Positions 53,791 through 61,575 of a stretch of DNA of 64,000 nucleotides are shown one piece after another. Position 1 is the first letter of the stretch, and each line of letters begins with the position of its first letter. Position numbers and translations under genes: made by a program. Where the stretch lies: NCBI GenBank assembly GCA_963798465.1, contig CAWCTC010000001.1, forward strand, positions 592,465 to 656,464, in the 5' to 3' direction. Source of the stretch: an uncultured bacterium. Its GTDB lineage: Bacteria > Patescibacteriota > Minisyncoccia > Phycocordibacterales > GWA1-40-21. A model generated the notes under the pieces. That model worked only from the letters and a program-made list of their open reading frames with translations, was not told where the DNA came from and searched no databases.

Positions 53791-56190
53791 TTATTTTTTA
53801 TAAGTCCATTTCCAATTTAATATTTCTTCTGGATCATCTCCAAAAGTCGTGATGTATGTTTTGTGGTCAGTGATTTTTTTCTGATATTTTTCTATAAGTT
53901 TTTTCGCTTTTTCCGATTCGATGATTCCATTTGCGGACAATTTTTCAACAGCTTCAATAAGTAAATTGTATCTATCCGTCTTGTTTCTTATGTGCAAATC
54001 GAGCGGAGTAGTCGTCGAACCGCTTTCTATATATCCGTGAACAGTGATTCTATGCAAAGCATTTTCATAATCAAAGAGCACTTGCTTCAAAGTTTCAGGA
54101 TATCCATGAAAGTTTAAAATTACCGGTTTATCTTTCGTAAAATATTTTTCAAATTCCGACTGGGTGATTTTCTTTGAATGGCCGACTGTGTCCGGAGAAA
54201 GTTCTATAATATTTACAAATCTTATTTTTACTTCCGGCGCTTCTTCTTTCAAAAGTTGTATCGATGCGAGCGCTTCCTTTGTGAGATATTGTCCGCAACC
54301 TCCAAAAATTACATCGGGATTTTCATCGCTTGCAAAATCCCAAATAGACAAGCCTTGTTCTATCTCTTTTTTCGCTTGTTCTTGCGTAAGCCAGACCGGC
54401 TCGACTGTTTTTTCAGAAACGATGACATTCATTTCATTTTTTGATTTCAAACATTTTTCGGCAATCATAACTGCCTCATTTTCATCAGCTGGAAAATAAA
54501 CATTTATAAAATCATGATGCAATTGCAAAACGTTATCTATAAATCCTGGATTCTGGTGCGAAAAACCGTTGTGCTCCTGCCTCCATCCGCTTGAACTTGT
54601 CATATAATTTAATGACGGGACATCTCCGCGCCACTCAGTCTTCCTGGCAATTTTCAAAAACTTGCTGTATTGGTCCGCCATGCTCGCGACAATCATTATA
54701 AAAGCCTCGTATGAAGGAAAAACTGCAAATCTTCCCGTCAAAGTGTATCCCTGCGCAAGACCGTGCAATGCATTTTCCGAAAGCATTTCTATCACTCTTC
54801 CGTCTCGTGCCAAATCAATATCCCATGGTTCTATTTTTCCAACAAAAGCTCTCGGTGTCTCAGCAAAAATATATTGTAATCTGTTTGAATAAGTTTCGTC
54901 AGGAGAAAACATCCTGAAATTTCTTTTATCTTTGTTTAATTTTACGACTTCGCCGAAGTATTGTCCGATTTTTGTCATCGCACCCATTGAAACATCGCCT
55001 GGTGCGCTAACTTTCGTCTCAAAATTTTTTATCGAGGGCAAAATTAAATCTTTTGACGTATCGCCTTTCCTGATTCCAAAAGTAACCGGATTATTTCCCA
55101 TTCTCAAACTTTCTGGGGGAAGAGCATTCTCGATTTCTTTTATAAAACCAGTTTTAGGATCGAAGAGTTCGTCAAACTTATATGATTTCATCCATTTTTC
55201 TAGATCATCAAGTTCAGTCTTATCGGTTTTCATTTCTCTTCCAACAACTTGATGAGACAAACAATTACCTTCGACTTTTCCATCGAACATTTTTCCTCTG
55301 CCTTCAATATCCCAACTGTATAAATGTTTTATTCCGGTCCAGCCTTTCGGAGTTTTCAAAATAATCATCGGAAATCTGTAATAATCTTTTATCGGCTTAT
55401 CAGAATTTGCCACAGCTTCCCTTTGAATCGATCTGATTGATGCATAAGCTTTATCCAAAGCTTTTACCATTTTGTCATAAACGGCATCCGTGTGTCCTTC
55501 AACAATAATCGGATCATAACCATAACCTCTAAATAAAGATATCAAATCTGAATTTTTCATTCTGCCAAAAATCGTCGGACCTGAAATTTTGTATCCGTTC
55601 AAATGAAGTATCGGCAAGACCGCGCCATTTTTTGCGGGATCAATAAATTTGCTCAAATGCCATGAAGTTGCAAGAGTTGCAGTTTCCGATTCGCCATCGC
55701 CGACAAGACATGCAGCGATAAGATTTGGATTGTCCAAGACAGCTCCATAAGATGTTGCGAGAGAATATCCAAGCTCTCCGCCTTCAAGAATAACTCCGGG
55801 AGTCATCGGACTTGAATGGCTTGGAAACTGATATGGCCAGCTGAAATTTTTCATTATATATCCGATTCCTTCTTCATTTTTCTGCGCTTCTTTATAATAT
55901 TTTCCTAAAGTTCCTTCAAGAAAAACATTAGACTGGAGAGCGGGAAAACCGTGTCCGGGACCAAGGACGAACATCATATTTGCATTCGTCTTTTTTATCA
56001 AATTATTCAAACATGCGTATGTAAAATTTATTCCAGGAGTAGTTCCCCAATGTCCGAGAAGCCTGTTTTTTATATTGTCAAAAGTCAGTTTGTCTTTCAA
56101 TAAAAAATTACTTTGCAAGTATATCTGACCGACTGAAAGATAATCCGCCGCGCGGACAAACTTTTTTATATTTTCTATTTCTTGCGACAT
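53791..56190 (-). CDS. xfp: Xylulose-5-phosphate/fructose-6-phosphate phosphoketolase
   Basis: GHWGTTPG, EGGELGY, GDGESETG-like GDGESET, HQNPGF-type SHQNPGF. 799 aa. Confidence 0.95.
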   Translation of the reverse strand: MSQEIENIKKFVRAADYLSVGQIYLQSNFLLKDKLTFDNIKNRLLGHWGTTPGINFTYACLNNLIKKTNANMMFVLGPGHGFPALQSNVFLEGTLGKYYKEAQKNEEGIGYIMKNFSWPYQFPSHSSPMTPGVILEGGELGYSLATSYGAVLDNPNLIAACLVGDGESETATLATSWHLSKFIDPAKNGAVLPILHLNGYKISGPTIFGRMKNSDLISLFRGYGYDPIIVEGHTDAVYDKMVKALDKAYASIRSIQREAVANSDKPIKDYYRFPMIILKTPKGWTGIKHLYSWDIEGRGKMFDGKVEGNCLSHQVVGREMKTDKTELDDLEKWMKSYKFDELFDPKTGFIKEIENALPPESLRMGNNPVTFGIRKGDTSKDLILPSIKNFETKVSAPGDVSMGAMTKIGQYFGEVVKLNKDKRNFRMFSPDETYSNRLQYIFAETPRAFVGKIEPWDIDLARDGRVIEMLSENALHGLAQGYTLTGRFAVFPSYEAFIMIVASMADQYSKFLKIARKTEWRGDVPSLNYMTSSSGWRQEHNGFSHQNPGFIDNVLQLHHDFINVYFPADENEAVMIAEKCLKSKNEMNVIVSEKTVEPVWLTQEQAKKEIEQGLSIWDFASDENPDVIFGGCGQYLTKEALASIQLLKEEAPEVKIRFVNIIELSPDTVGHSKKITQSEFEKYFTKDKPVILNFHGYPETLKQVLFDYENALHRITVHGYIESGSTTTPLDLHIRNKTDRYNLLIEAVEKLSANGIIESEKAKKLIEKYQKKITDHKTYITTFGDDPEEILNWKWTYKK

Positions 56191-56268
56191 ATGATTTTAT
56201 TTATTAAAAAATGCTGATAAATTGGCCGAACATGTCCTAGTATAGCAACTATCGGCGAAGTAATGAAA

Positions 56269-56841
56269 TTATTTTATCAACTCCTCGACATTTCCCGAAA
56301 GGTCTGTGGTGTCTCCCTCGACCTTCGAAACATCTCCGTAAATATTGGTAACATCGCCTTTTATATTTGTCACATGGCCTTTTATATTGCTGACGTAACC
56401 TTTAATGTTTGTGACATTGCCGGTTATATTTGTCACATCTCCTTGCAGATCGGAAACATCGCCAATTATTTTCGTCGTATCGCCTTCAATATGGCTTACA
56501 TCGCCGTGAATATTTGTAACATCACCGCTGATATTGGAAACATCGCCGACAATTCCGCTCAAGTCTCCGCGGATTTTTGAAACATTTCCGCGAATTTTTG
56601 ACACATCGCTTTTGATATTAGTCACATCGCCTTTTATGTTCGAAACATCGCCATGCAAGCCGGAAATATCTCCGCTGATGTTTGAAACGTCGCCGGAAAT
56701 TTTATGTATGCTCAAATCGCCGGATATTTTTGAAACATCGCCTTTTATGGATTTAAAATCGCCCATTATATTGTCATGCAAGCCTGTGACATTTTCCGTA
56801 TTCAGCTGTTTGAAAGCTATATTTATTTTTTTGAGTGTCAT
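56269..56841 (-). CDS. Heptad-repeat protein: about 22 tandem GDV(S/T)NIx units, no signal peptide
   Basis: GDVSNIS GDISGLH GDVSNIK GDVTNIK SDVSKIR GNVSKIR ... GDVTNIY GDVSKVE GDTTDLS. TGATATCAT lies 6 nt upstream of the ATG. The plus-strand ORFs 56263..56580 and 56534..56851 are shadows of the repeat. Confidence 0.7.
   Translation of the reverse strand: MTLKKINIAFKQLNTENVTGLHDNIMGDFKSIKGDVSKISGDLSIHKISGDVSNISGDISGLHGDVSNIKGDVTNIKSDVSKIRGNVSKIRGDLSGIVGDVSNISGDVTNIHGDVSHIEGDTTKIIGDVSDLQGDVTNITGNVTNIKGYVSNIKGHVTNIKGDVTNIYGDVSKVEGDTTDLSGNVEELIK
56290..56760 (-). repeat. 21-bp tandem coding repeat underlying the heptad protein
   Basis: Periodicity of GGNGAYGTNWCNAAYATHNNN read over about 470 bp. 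Confidence 0.75.
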
Positions 56842-56957
56842 GACAATATGATATCACAAAATTTTACAGATTTCTTTTTACAAAAAGCCTCACGATTCTC
56901 AATTCTTCATAAGAATAAGCGTTACCGAGCTTATTTTTAATTGGATTTAATAGAAAA

Positions 56958-58538
56958 TCACGATTTCGTGCCATAAAGTTCACGAAACGTCATCCAAATT
57001 TTCTTGTACTTACCTGTCGGAACTTCTTCTTTCAAATGATTGATATCAAAACTCGAATCTTCTTCAACAATTTTTTCAATATGATCGAGAAGCGTGCCGA
57101 TTTTAATTCCTTTTATTTCCAAAATTTCTTTCAAACCCATTCCTTGTGAAAGCATATTTTTGGTTTCTTCTATCGGCGAGATTCTTCTTTTTTTCTTTTT
57201 GTCTATTTTCGTTCCTTCCGGCGGAGCAACTTTTTTCAAAAATTCTTCCTGCTTATTTTTTATTTCTTTGTCGGAAAGAGTATAAAGCCATTGTTTATCG
57301 CCATCTGACATTTCTTTCAAATCTTCATCAAAAATAGAAACATCCTCACGAACTTCAAGCGCATTTTTATTCATTCCAAGCAAACGCAGACCCTCAAGAG
57401 TTCGCACACGAGAAAGCGCAACATAGCCCATTCCTTTTTCAAAAGATTTTGAAAGATCGACTTCAACTGCATCCAAACTCATACCTTGGCTTTTGTGCAC
57501 AGTTATAGCCCAAGCCAAGCGAAGCGGATATTGTGTGATTGTCGCTTTCACTTTTCCTTCATCTTCAATCACCCAATTTACTTTTTCCGGAATAATTATT
57601 TTTCCTGAAGTAAGCATGACTTTCGGTCCATAGTTTGAACACTCAATAACTTTTCCCAAAGTTCCATTTGCATATCCTTCTTCAAAATTATTTTTTACAA
57701 ACATCACTCTCGCTCCTTTTTTCAAACGCAAAACTTCTGGCGCAAGACAGCTTTTTTTCAATGCTTCGACAAGCGGTTTTCTTCCTTTGTCTTCCATTTG
57801 ATATGTAAAAATTTGCCCTGGAAGTTTGTTGAGCTCGGCATCATTAATAGTATCTACATTTATATTGTGAGTGTGAAGTTTTGTCGGCTCAATTCCCTCT
57901 TTCAAACAAGCATTATTTCTTGAATTCAAACAAAGTAAAGATTCTTCGCTCAAATTTCCTCCGCGAATTCCATTTAAAATTTTTATAAACTTGTCATCTT
58001 TATGTCTGAATTGTTCTTCAAGATAGCAAATTTTCAAATTAAGTTTTTTCCAAGCTTCAGACTTATATGCAAATTGAGATTCTTTTTCGCCCACTCTTGA
58101 AACCGGAGGAAGCTGGAAAAAATCTCCGCAAAGTATCACTTGCATTCCACCAAATGGAAGCTGATTTCTTTTCAAATGTCTTGCGATTCTTTCTATCAAA
58201 TCCAAGCGAAAATCGATGAATCATTGAAACCTCATCAATTATCAAAACTTCTGTTTCTCTAAATCTATCATGCAAATATTTCTTACTTTCCAAATCTTCC
58301 AAGATCATATTCTGTAAGTTCATCACGAATACCAAGTCCGCTCCAAGAATGAATCGTCGTTCCACCCATATGAGTCGCCGCAATTCCAGTCGAAGCGGTC
58401 ACGCCAACTTCAACTCCTTTATTTTTAAGGAATTTTATATATTCATTTAAAAGATGCGTTTTACCAGCTACCCGCCGCTCCTGTGATATAGCAGTTGTAT
58501 CCCATCTTCAATATTTCTAGTGCATCCTTTTGGGTCAT
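56958..58538 (-). pseudogene. Pif1/RecD-like superfamily-1 helicase, at least 3 frameshifts (one inside Walker A)
   Basis: [24 protein letters not shown] then GGTAGCTGGTAAAACG, where GSGKT is expected. IIDEVSMI, GGMQVILCGDFFQLPPV, ITVHKSQGMSLD, ALSRVR. Confidence 0.8.
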
Positions 58539-58576
58539 AGAAAACTATTTTATCATAGAAAAGAAAAAGATAACGA

Positions 58577-58604
58577 TTGACAAATTGTTTTTGTATATTA
58601 GTAT
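58577..58604 (+). promoter_or_regulatory. Sigma70-type promoter TTGACA-N16-TAGTAT
   Basis: The -35 TTG is the false start of track ORF 58577..59143. Confidence 0.55.
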
Positions 58605-58621
58605 CAAATTTAGAAGTACAC

Positions 58622-58669
58622 GAGCAGAAATGCTCAAACTCAACCCGAAAGGGAATCCTGGAAACAGGA
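58622..58669 (+). promoter_or_regulatory. 5' leader with three consecutive GAAA-tetraloop hairpins
   Basis: GAGCA-GAAA-TGCTC (58622..58635), CCC-GAAA-GGG (58644..58653), TCCTG-GAAA-CAGGA (58656..58669), then AAGGAGG (58671..58677). Confidence 0.45.
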
Positions 58670-58681
58670 CAAGGAGGAAGT

Positions 58682-59143
58682 ATGAACTACCAAAAGATGG
58701 TGCAACAGATTTTTAAAGGTTCAAGAAACATCAATAAAATGAAAGAAGATGTGATTTATCTTGTCAGTATGGTTTTTGGTTTGTTAGGCGAAATCCCAGA
58801 AATCGGAGAAGGACTTCCAAAATTAAATGGGGAATCAGAAAAAATTAGATACGTTGTTCCAATCGGAAATACTAAATACTGCAGTTGGTCAATGGAAACC
58901 ATTGAAAAAAAACCAACGGTAACATGTGTAGTTAGACTTACGTACGATGATAGGAAAATTAAAGGATGTAATAATTGGATTACTGCATACGTAAGTGGAT
59001 ACACTGTAAACCAGATTCCCTCAAATTATATACAGGATGTTTTTGATGGATTACCATCTTTTATTGAAGGTATGATTTCAAGATATCCTTATCTTGAAAG
59101 AAGATTAAAACCTTTTATAAGAGCTAGTGGAATACGGTTTTGA
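58682..59143 (+). CDS. Hypothetical protein, 153 aa
   Basis: AAGGAGG lies 4 nt upstream of ATG 58682. No motif recognised. Confidence 0.55.
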   Translation: MNYQKMVQQIFKGSRNINKMKEDVIYLVSMVFGLLGEIPEIGEGLPKLNGESEKIRYVVPIGNTKYCSWSMETIEKKPTVTCVVRLTYDDRKIKGCNNWITAYVSGYTVNQIPSNYIQDVFDGLPSFIEGMISRYPYLERRLKPFIRASGIRF

Positions 59144-59148
59144 AAAAA

Positions 59149-59178
59149 CAATGGCGGGCCCTTAAAGGCCCGCCATTT
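59149..59178. terminator. Bidirectional GC-rich terminator
   Basis: ATGGCGGGCC-CTTAAA-GGCCCGCCAT + T-run. Confidence 0.8.
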
Positions 59179-59182
59179 TAAA

Positions 59183-59869
59183 TTATTTAATTCCCTTTCT
59201 CCACTCATCAATCAATTTATGATTTCCTGAAAGTAAAACTTTTGGAACCACATATTTCTTCTTTTTATATATCAAAACTTCCGGTCTTGTATAAACTTCA
59301 CTGCTTGAAATTCTTTCTTCTTCAAGAGAGGCTTTGTTTCCAAGAACACCATCTATTTGTCTTGAGACTGAATCCATAATGAGCATAGCTGGAAGTTCCC
59401 CACCGGTAAGCACAAATGGACCAACAGTAATTTTTTCTGTTTTGAATATTTTATTCACTCTTTCATCTATCCCTTCATATCTTCCAGAAATAAAAATAAT
59501 ATCTGTAAATTTTTTTGCAGTTTCTTTTGCATAAGCAGTATCAAATTGTTTTCCACCTGGACTTAAAAATATAATTTTTACTTTATGACTTTTGCCTTTT
59601 GACTTTTTACTTGCTGAAAGCGCTTTCTCAATTGCTTTTGCAACTGGCTCGGCTTGCATCACCATTCCTGGACCACCGCCATAAGGAATATCGTCAACTC
59701 TTTTATATGGCTTGTCTTTCTTTTTTTGCGAAGGTGAAACCTTCGCAAAATCGCGTGGATTATAAAAACTTACCTTCACCTTTTTCTCTCTGATTGCCCG
59801 TGCCAAAATCGACTCATTCAAATATGAGGTAAAGGATTCTGGAAATAATGTGATTATGTGAAAATTCAC
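59183..59869 (-). CDS. trmD: tRNA (guanine37-N1)-methyltransferase
   Basis: The GTG start at 59869 gives (M)NFHIITLFPESF, the canonical TrmD N-terminus. GGGPGMVM, SPGGK, GRYEGIDERV. The track TTG start at 59908 would add 13 aa encoded by the H2 arm. Confidence 0.9.
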   Translation of the reverse strand: MNFHIITLFPESFTSYLNESILARAIREKKVKVSFYNPRDFAKVSPSQKKKDKPYKRVDDIPYGGGPGMVMQAEPVAKAIEKALSASKKSKGKSHKVKIIFLSPGGKQFDTAYAKETAKKFTDIIFISGRYEGIDERVNKIFKTEKITVGPFVLTGGELPAMLIMDSVSRQIDGVLGNKASLEEERISSSEVYTRPEVLIYKKKKYVVPKVLLSGNHKLIDEWRKGIK

Positions 59870-60007
59870 AGGGTAGTGAAATTTCAAATTGTTTTTATTG
59901 CCAAACAACTTGAAATTTTAATTAATGTTTATTTGATAAATTATAAATCTATTGATATATATAACTTTTCTAAAAACAAGGCAATGATTTGAAATTCTAC
60001 TACCCTG
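59869..60007 (-). promoter_or_regulatory. H2 element copy E (21-nt arms) ending at the trmD GTG
   Basis: CAGGGTAGTAGAATTTCAAAT (60007->59987) pairs with ATTTGAAATTTCACTACCCTG (59889->59869): 19 Watson-Crick pairs, 1 GU, 1 mismatch. CCCCG/CGGGG is replaced by CAGGG/CCCTG. Confidence 0.6.
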
Positions 60008-60014
60008 TTCATTT

Positions 60015-60142
60015 ACCCGAGAAAATTTTTGCCAATAAAAATTGCGCGACTTTAAGGTTTAACTAGATAACATTTATAACTCTAACCCAATATCACAAAA
60101 ATCGCAATTTTTGCTAGCGCGTTGGCAAAAACTTTAACGGGT
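60015..60142 (-). repeat. H1 element copy E
   Basis: Arms ACCCGTTAAAGTTTTTGCCAA ... TTGGCAAAAATTTTCTCGGGT. Flanks extend the stem (AAAT/ATTT). Confidence 0.6.
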
Positions 60143-60203
60143 AAATCAAAATACAATAAAAAACGCCAAAATACAATGATTAAAATTCAGTCGATTCTTG
60201 ATA

Positions 60204-60231
60204 TTGACTTTAGTTTAAAAAATTGTAATAT
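60204..60231 (+). promoter_or_regulatory. Sigma70-type promoter TTGACT-N16-TAATAT
   Basis: Read directly; upstream of the 83-aa ORF. Confidence 0.55.
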
Positions 60232-60267
60232 CTCTCCAGAAAGCACAAAAACAAAAGGGGTGAGAAA

Positions 60268-60519
60268 ATGGACAATCAGGAACTGGACCAGCTTGAAAAA
60301 CTCTTAGTAGAGGCGGGTATAGACACAGAGAAAGCTATGGATCTTGTTATAAAAGCCATGAAGATATCTTTAGACAAAGATATCTCGGTGATAAAAGCAC
60401 TTAGATCACTCGCTGACATAGGAGCGCCCTCGGACTCAATGAAATACCAGCTGGCCATAGCTCTACAAAATATTAACAATGTAGAGCTCGAGAGACTAAA
60501 ATCTCTCACCGCTGTCTGA
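60268..60519 (+). CDS. Small helical protein, 83 aa
   Basis: AAGGGGTGA SD-like site upstream of ATG 60268. Has its own promoter and terminator. Confidence 0.5.
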   Translation: MDNQELDQLEKLLVEAGIDTEKAMDLVIKAMKISLDKDISVIKALRSLADIGAPSDSMKYQLAIALQNINNVELERLKSLTAV

Positions 60520-60533
60520 AAAGATGTGTGAAC

Positions 60534-60560
60534 GCCGCGCCCGAAAAAGGTGCGGCTTTT
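60534..60560 (+). terminator. Intrinsic terminator
   Basis: GCCGCGCC-CGAAAAA-GGTGCGGC + T4. Confidence 0.7.
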
Positions 60561-60570
60561 CATTTGCCCA

Positions 60571-60599
60571 TTGACCTTTTTCACTAAAGACTATAGTAT
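60571..60599 (+). promoter_or_regulatory. Sigma70-type promoter TTGACC-N17-TAGTAT
   Basis: Read directly; upstream of the 76-aa ORF. Confidence 0.55.
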
Positions 60600-60642
60600 T
60601 ACGTTTGGAAGGTATTCTATTAAAAAAAGGGAGGTGATACAA

Positions 60643-60873
60643 ATGTATTTGAAGCAGGAGGAAGAATTGTGGGTAAGAAAAATCCTCGCTGATGCCAATT
60701 GCCCGGAACCAAAAATTGAGGATTATATAACGTTAATAAGAAAAATAATGGAAGAAGACAATCTTCCATTAAGCCGAGTTCTCCTCATGGTTTCGGGTGG
60801 AGATGAGGATTTCCGAAGCCTGTTGGAAAAAAATGGGCTGCTGAAAAAAATCACTCGTACGATCTTCAAATAA
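60643..60873 (+). CDS. Small protein, 76 aa
   Basis: GGGAGGTGA lies 5 nt upstream of ATG 60643. The track start at 60550 lies upstream of the promoter -10. Confidence 0.5.
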   Translation: MYLKQEEELWVRKILADANCPEPKIEDYITLIRKIMEEDNLPLSRVLLMVSGGDEDFRSLLEKNGLLKKITRTIFK

Positions 60874-60876
60874 AAA

Positions 60877-60908
60877 ACCGCACGTATTTTCTTACGGGCG
60901 GTTTTTTT
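60877..60908 (+). terminator. Intrinsic terminator
   Basis: ACCGCACGTA-TTTTCT-TACGGGCGGT + T7. Confidence 0.7.
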
Positions 60909-60915
60909 AATTAAT

Positions 60916-60950
60916 TATAAAGGGCGGCACCTCCGGTGCCGCCCTTTATA
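60916..60950. terminator. GC-rich terminator (GGGCGGCACCTCCGGTGCCGCCC variant)
   Basis: Differs in the loop by one nucleotide from the 9647 and 26955 copies. Confidence 0.8.
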
Positions 60951-60970
60951 ATTAATTTTTTGAACTTTAA

Positions 60971-61294
60971 TTAGAGCTTCAAATCTGCCATCGCTTCATC
61001 AACCGTCTTTGTGACTGGTTCTTTTGAAACGGTTGCTCTTGGTTCTGCTCCTTCTGGTTCGTTGATCTTCAGGTTCACTCTTGAATTGTTTTTCATTCCG
61101 ACAACTCTCAAAAGTGTTCTTATTGCCTTTGCGGTATTGCCTGATCTTCCGATGACTTTGCCCATATCAGCATTGTCCACAACAAGAGTTAGTAATACGC
61201 CCATTTCATCGACTGTCCTGACAATTTTTACTTTATCTGGAGCGTCGACTAAAGCCTTAACAACGAAATCTAAAAATTTTGCATCTTGTTCCAT
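60971..61294 (-). CDS. KH-domain RNA-binding protein (YlqC/UPF0109 family)
   Basis: DMGKVIGRSGNTAKAIRTLL, and the usual position after rpsP. Confidence 0.8.
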   Translation of the reverse strand: MEQDAKFLDFVVKALVDAPDKVKIVRTVDEMGVLLTLVVDNADMGKVIGRSGNTAKAIRTLLRVVGMKNNSRVNLKINEPEGAEPRATVSKEPVTKTVDEAMADLKL

Positions 61295-61426
61295 GATTGT
61301 TTTATTTTAATTCTGATTCTGAATATATTGCAGTAGTTCGACCGGTAACTTATAAAAAATACTGCTTAGAGAATATAATACCACAAGAAAAAAAGTGTGC
61401 AATAATTAAATAGACTTTATCCTTCT

Positions 61427-61523
61427 TGTCTTTGCGAGCATAGCGAAGTCACGTCGCATAACCGTCCTTATAATGTGGCGTTGTTAATTAATTCTGGATT
61501 GCTTCGCTATGCTCGCAAAGACA
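61427..61523. mobile_element. Composite MITE between rpsP and the KH gene
   Basis: TGTCTTTGCGAGCATAGCGAAG ... CTTCGCTATGCTCGCAAAGACA, with the GTCACGTCGCATAACC module inside. Confidence 0.7.
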
Positions 61524-61530
61524 CAATACA

Positions 61531-61560
61531 AAATGGCGACCACTTCGTGGTCGCCATTTT
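61531..61560. terminator. Hairpin after rpsP
   Basis: ATGGCGACCAC-TTCG-TGGTCGCCAT flanked by A and T runs. Confidence 0.7.
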
Positions 61561-61575
61561 TATTTTAGTTTTAAA

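Noticed and set aside
56263-56851. Regular 21-bp periodic repeats that could be taken for a CRISPR array or a noncoding tandem repeat. Also two long plus-strand ORFs (56263..56580 and 56534..56851).
   Set aside because: There are no unique spacers between the repeats. The period is 21 bp and stays in frame over a 190-aa minus-strand ORF that has a promoter-like box. The plus-strand ORFs are repeat shadows.
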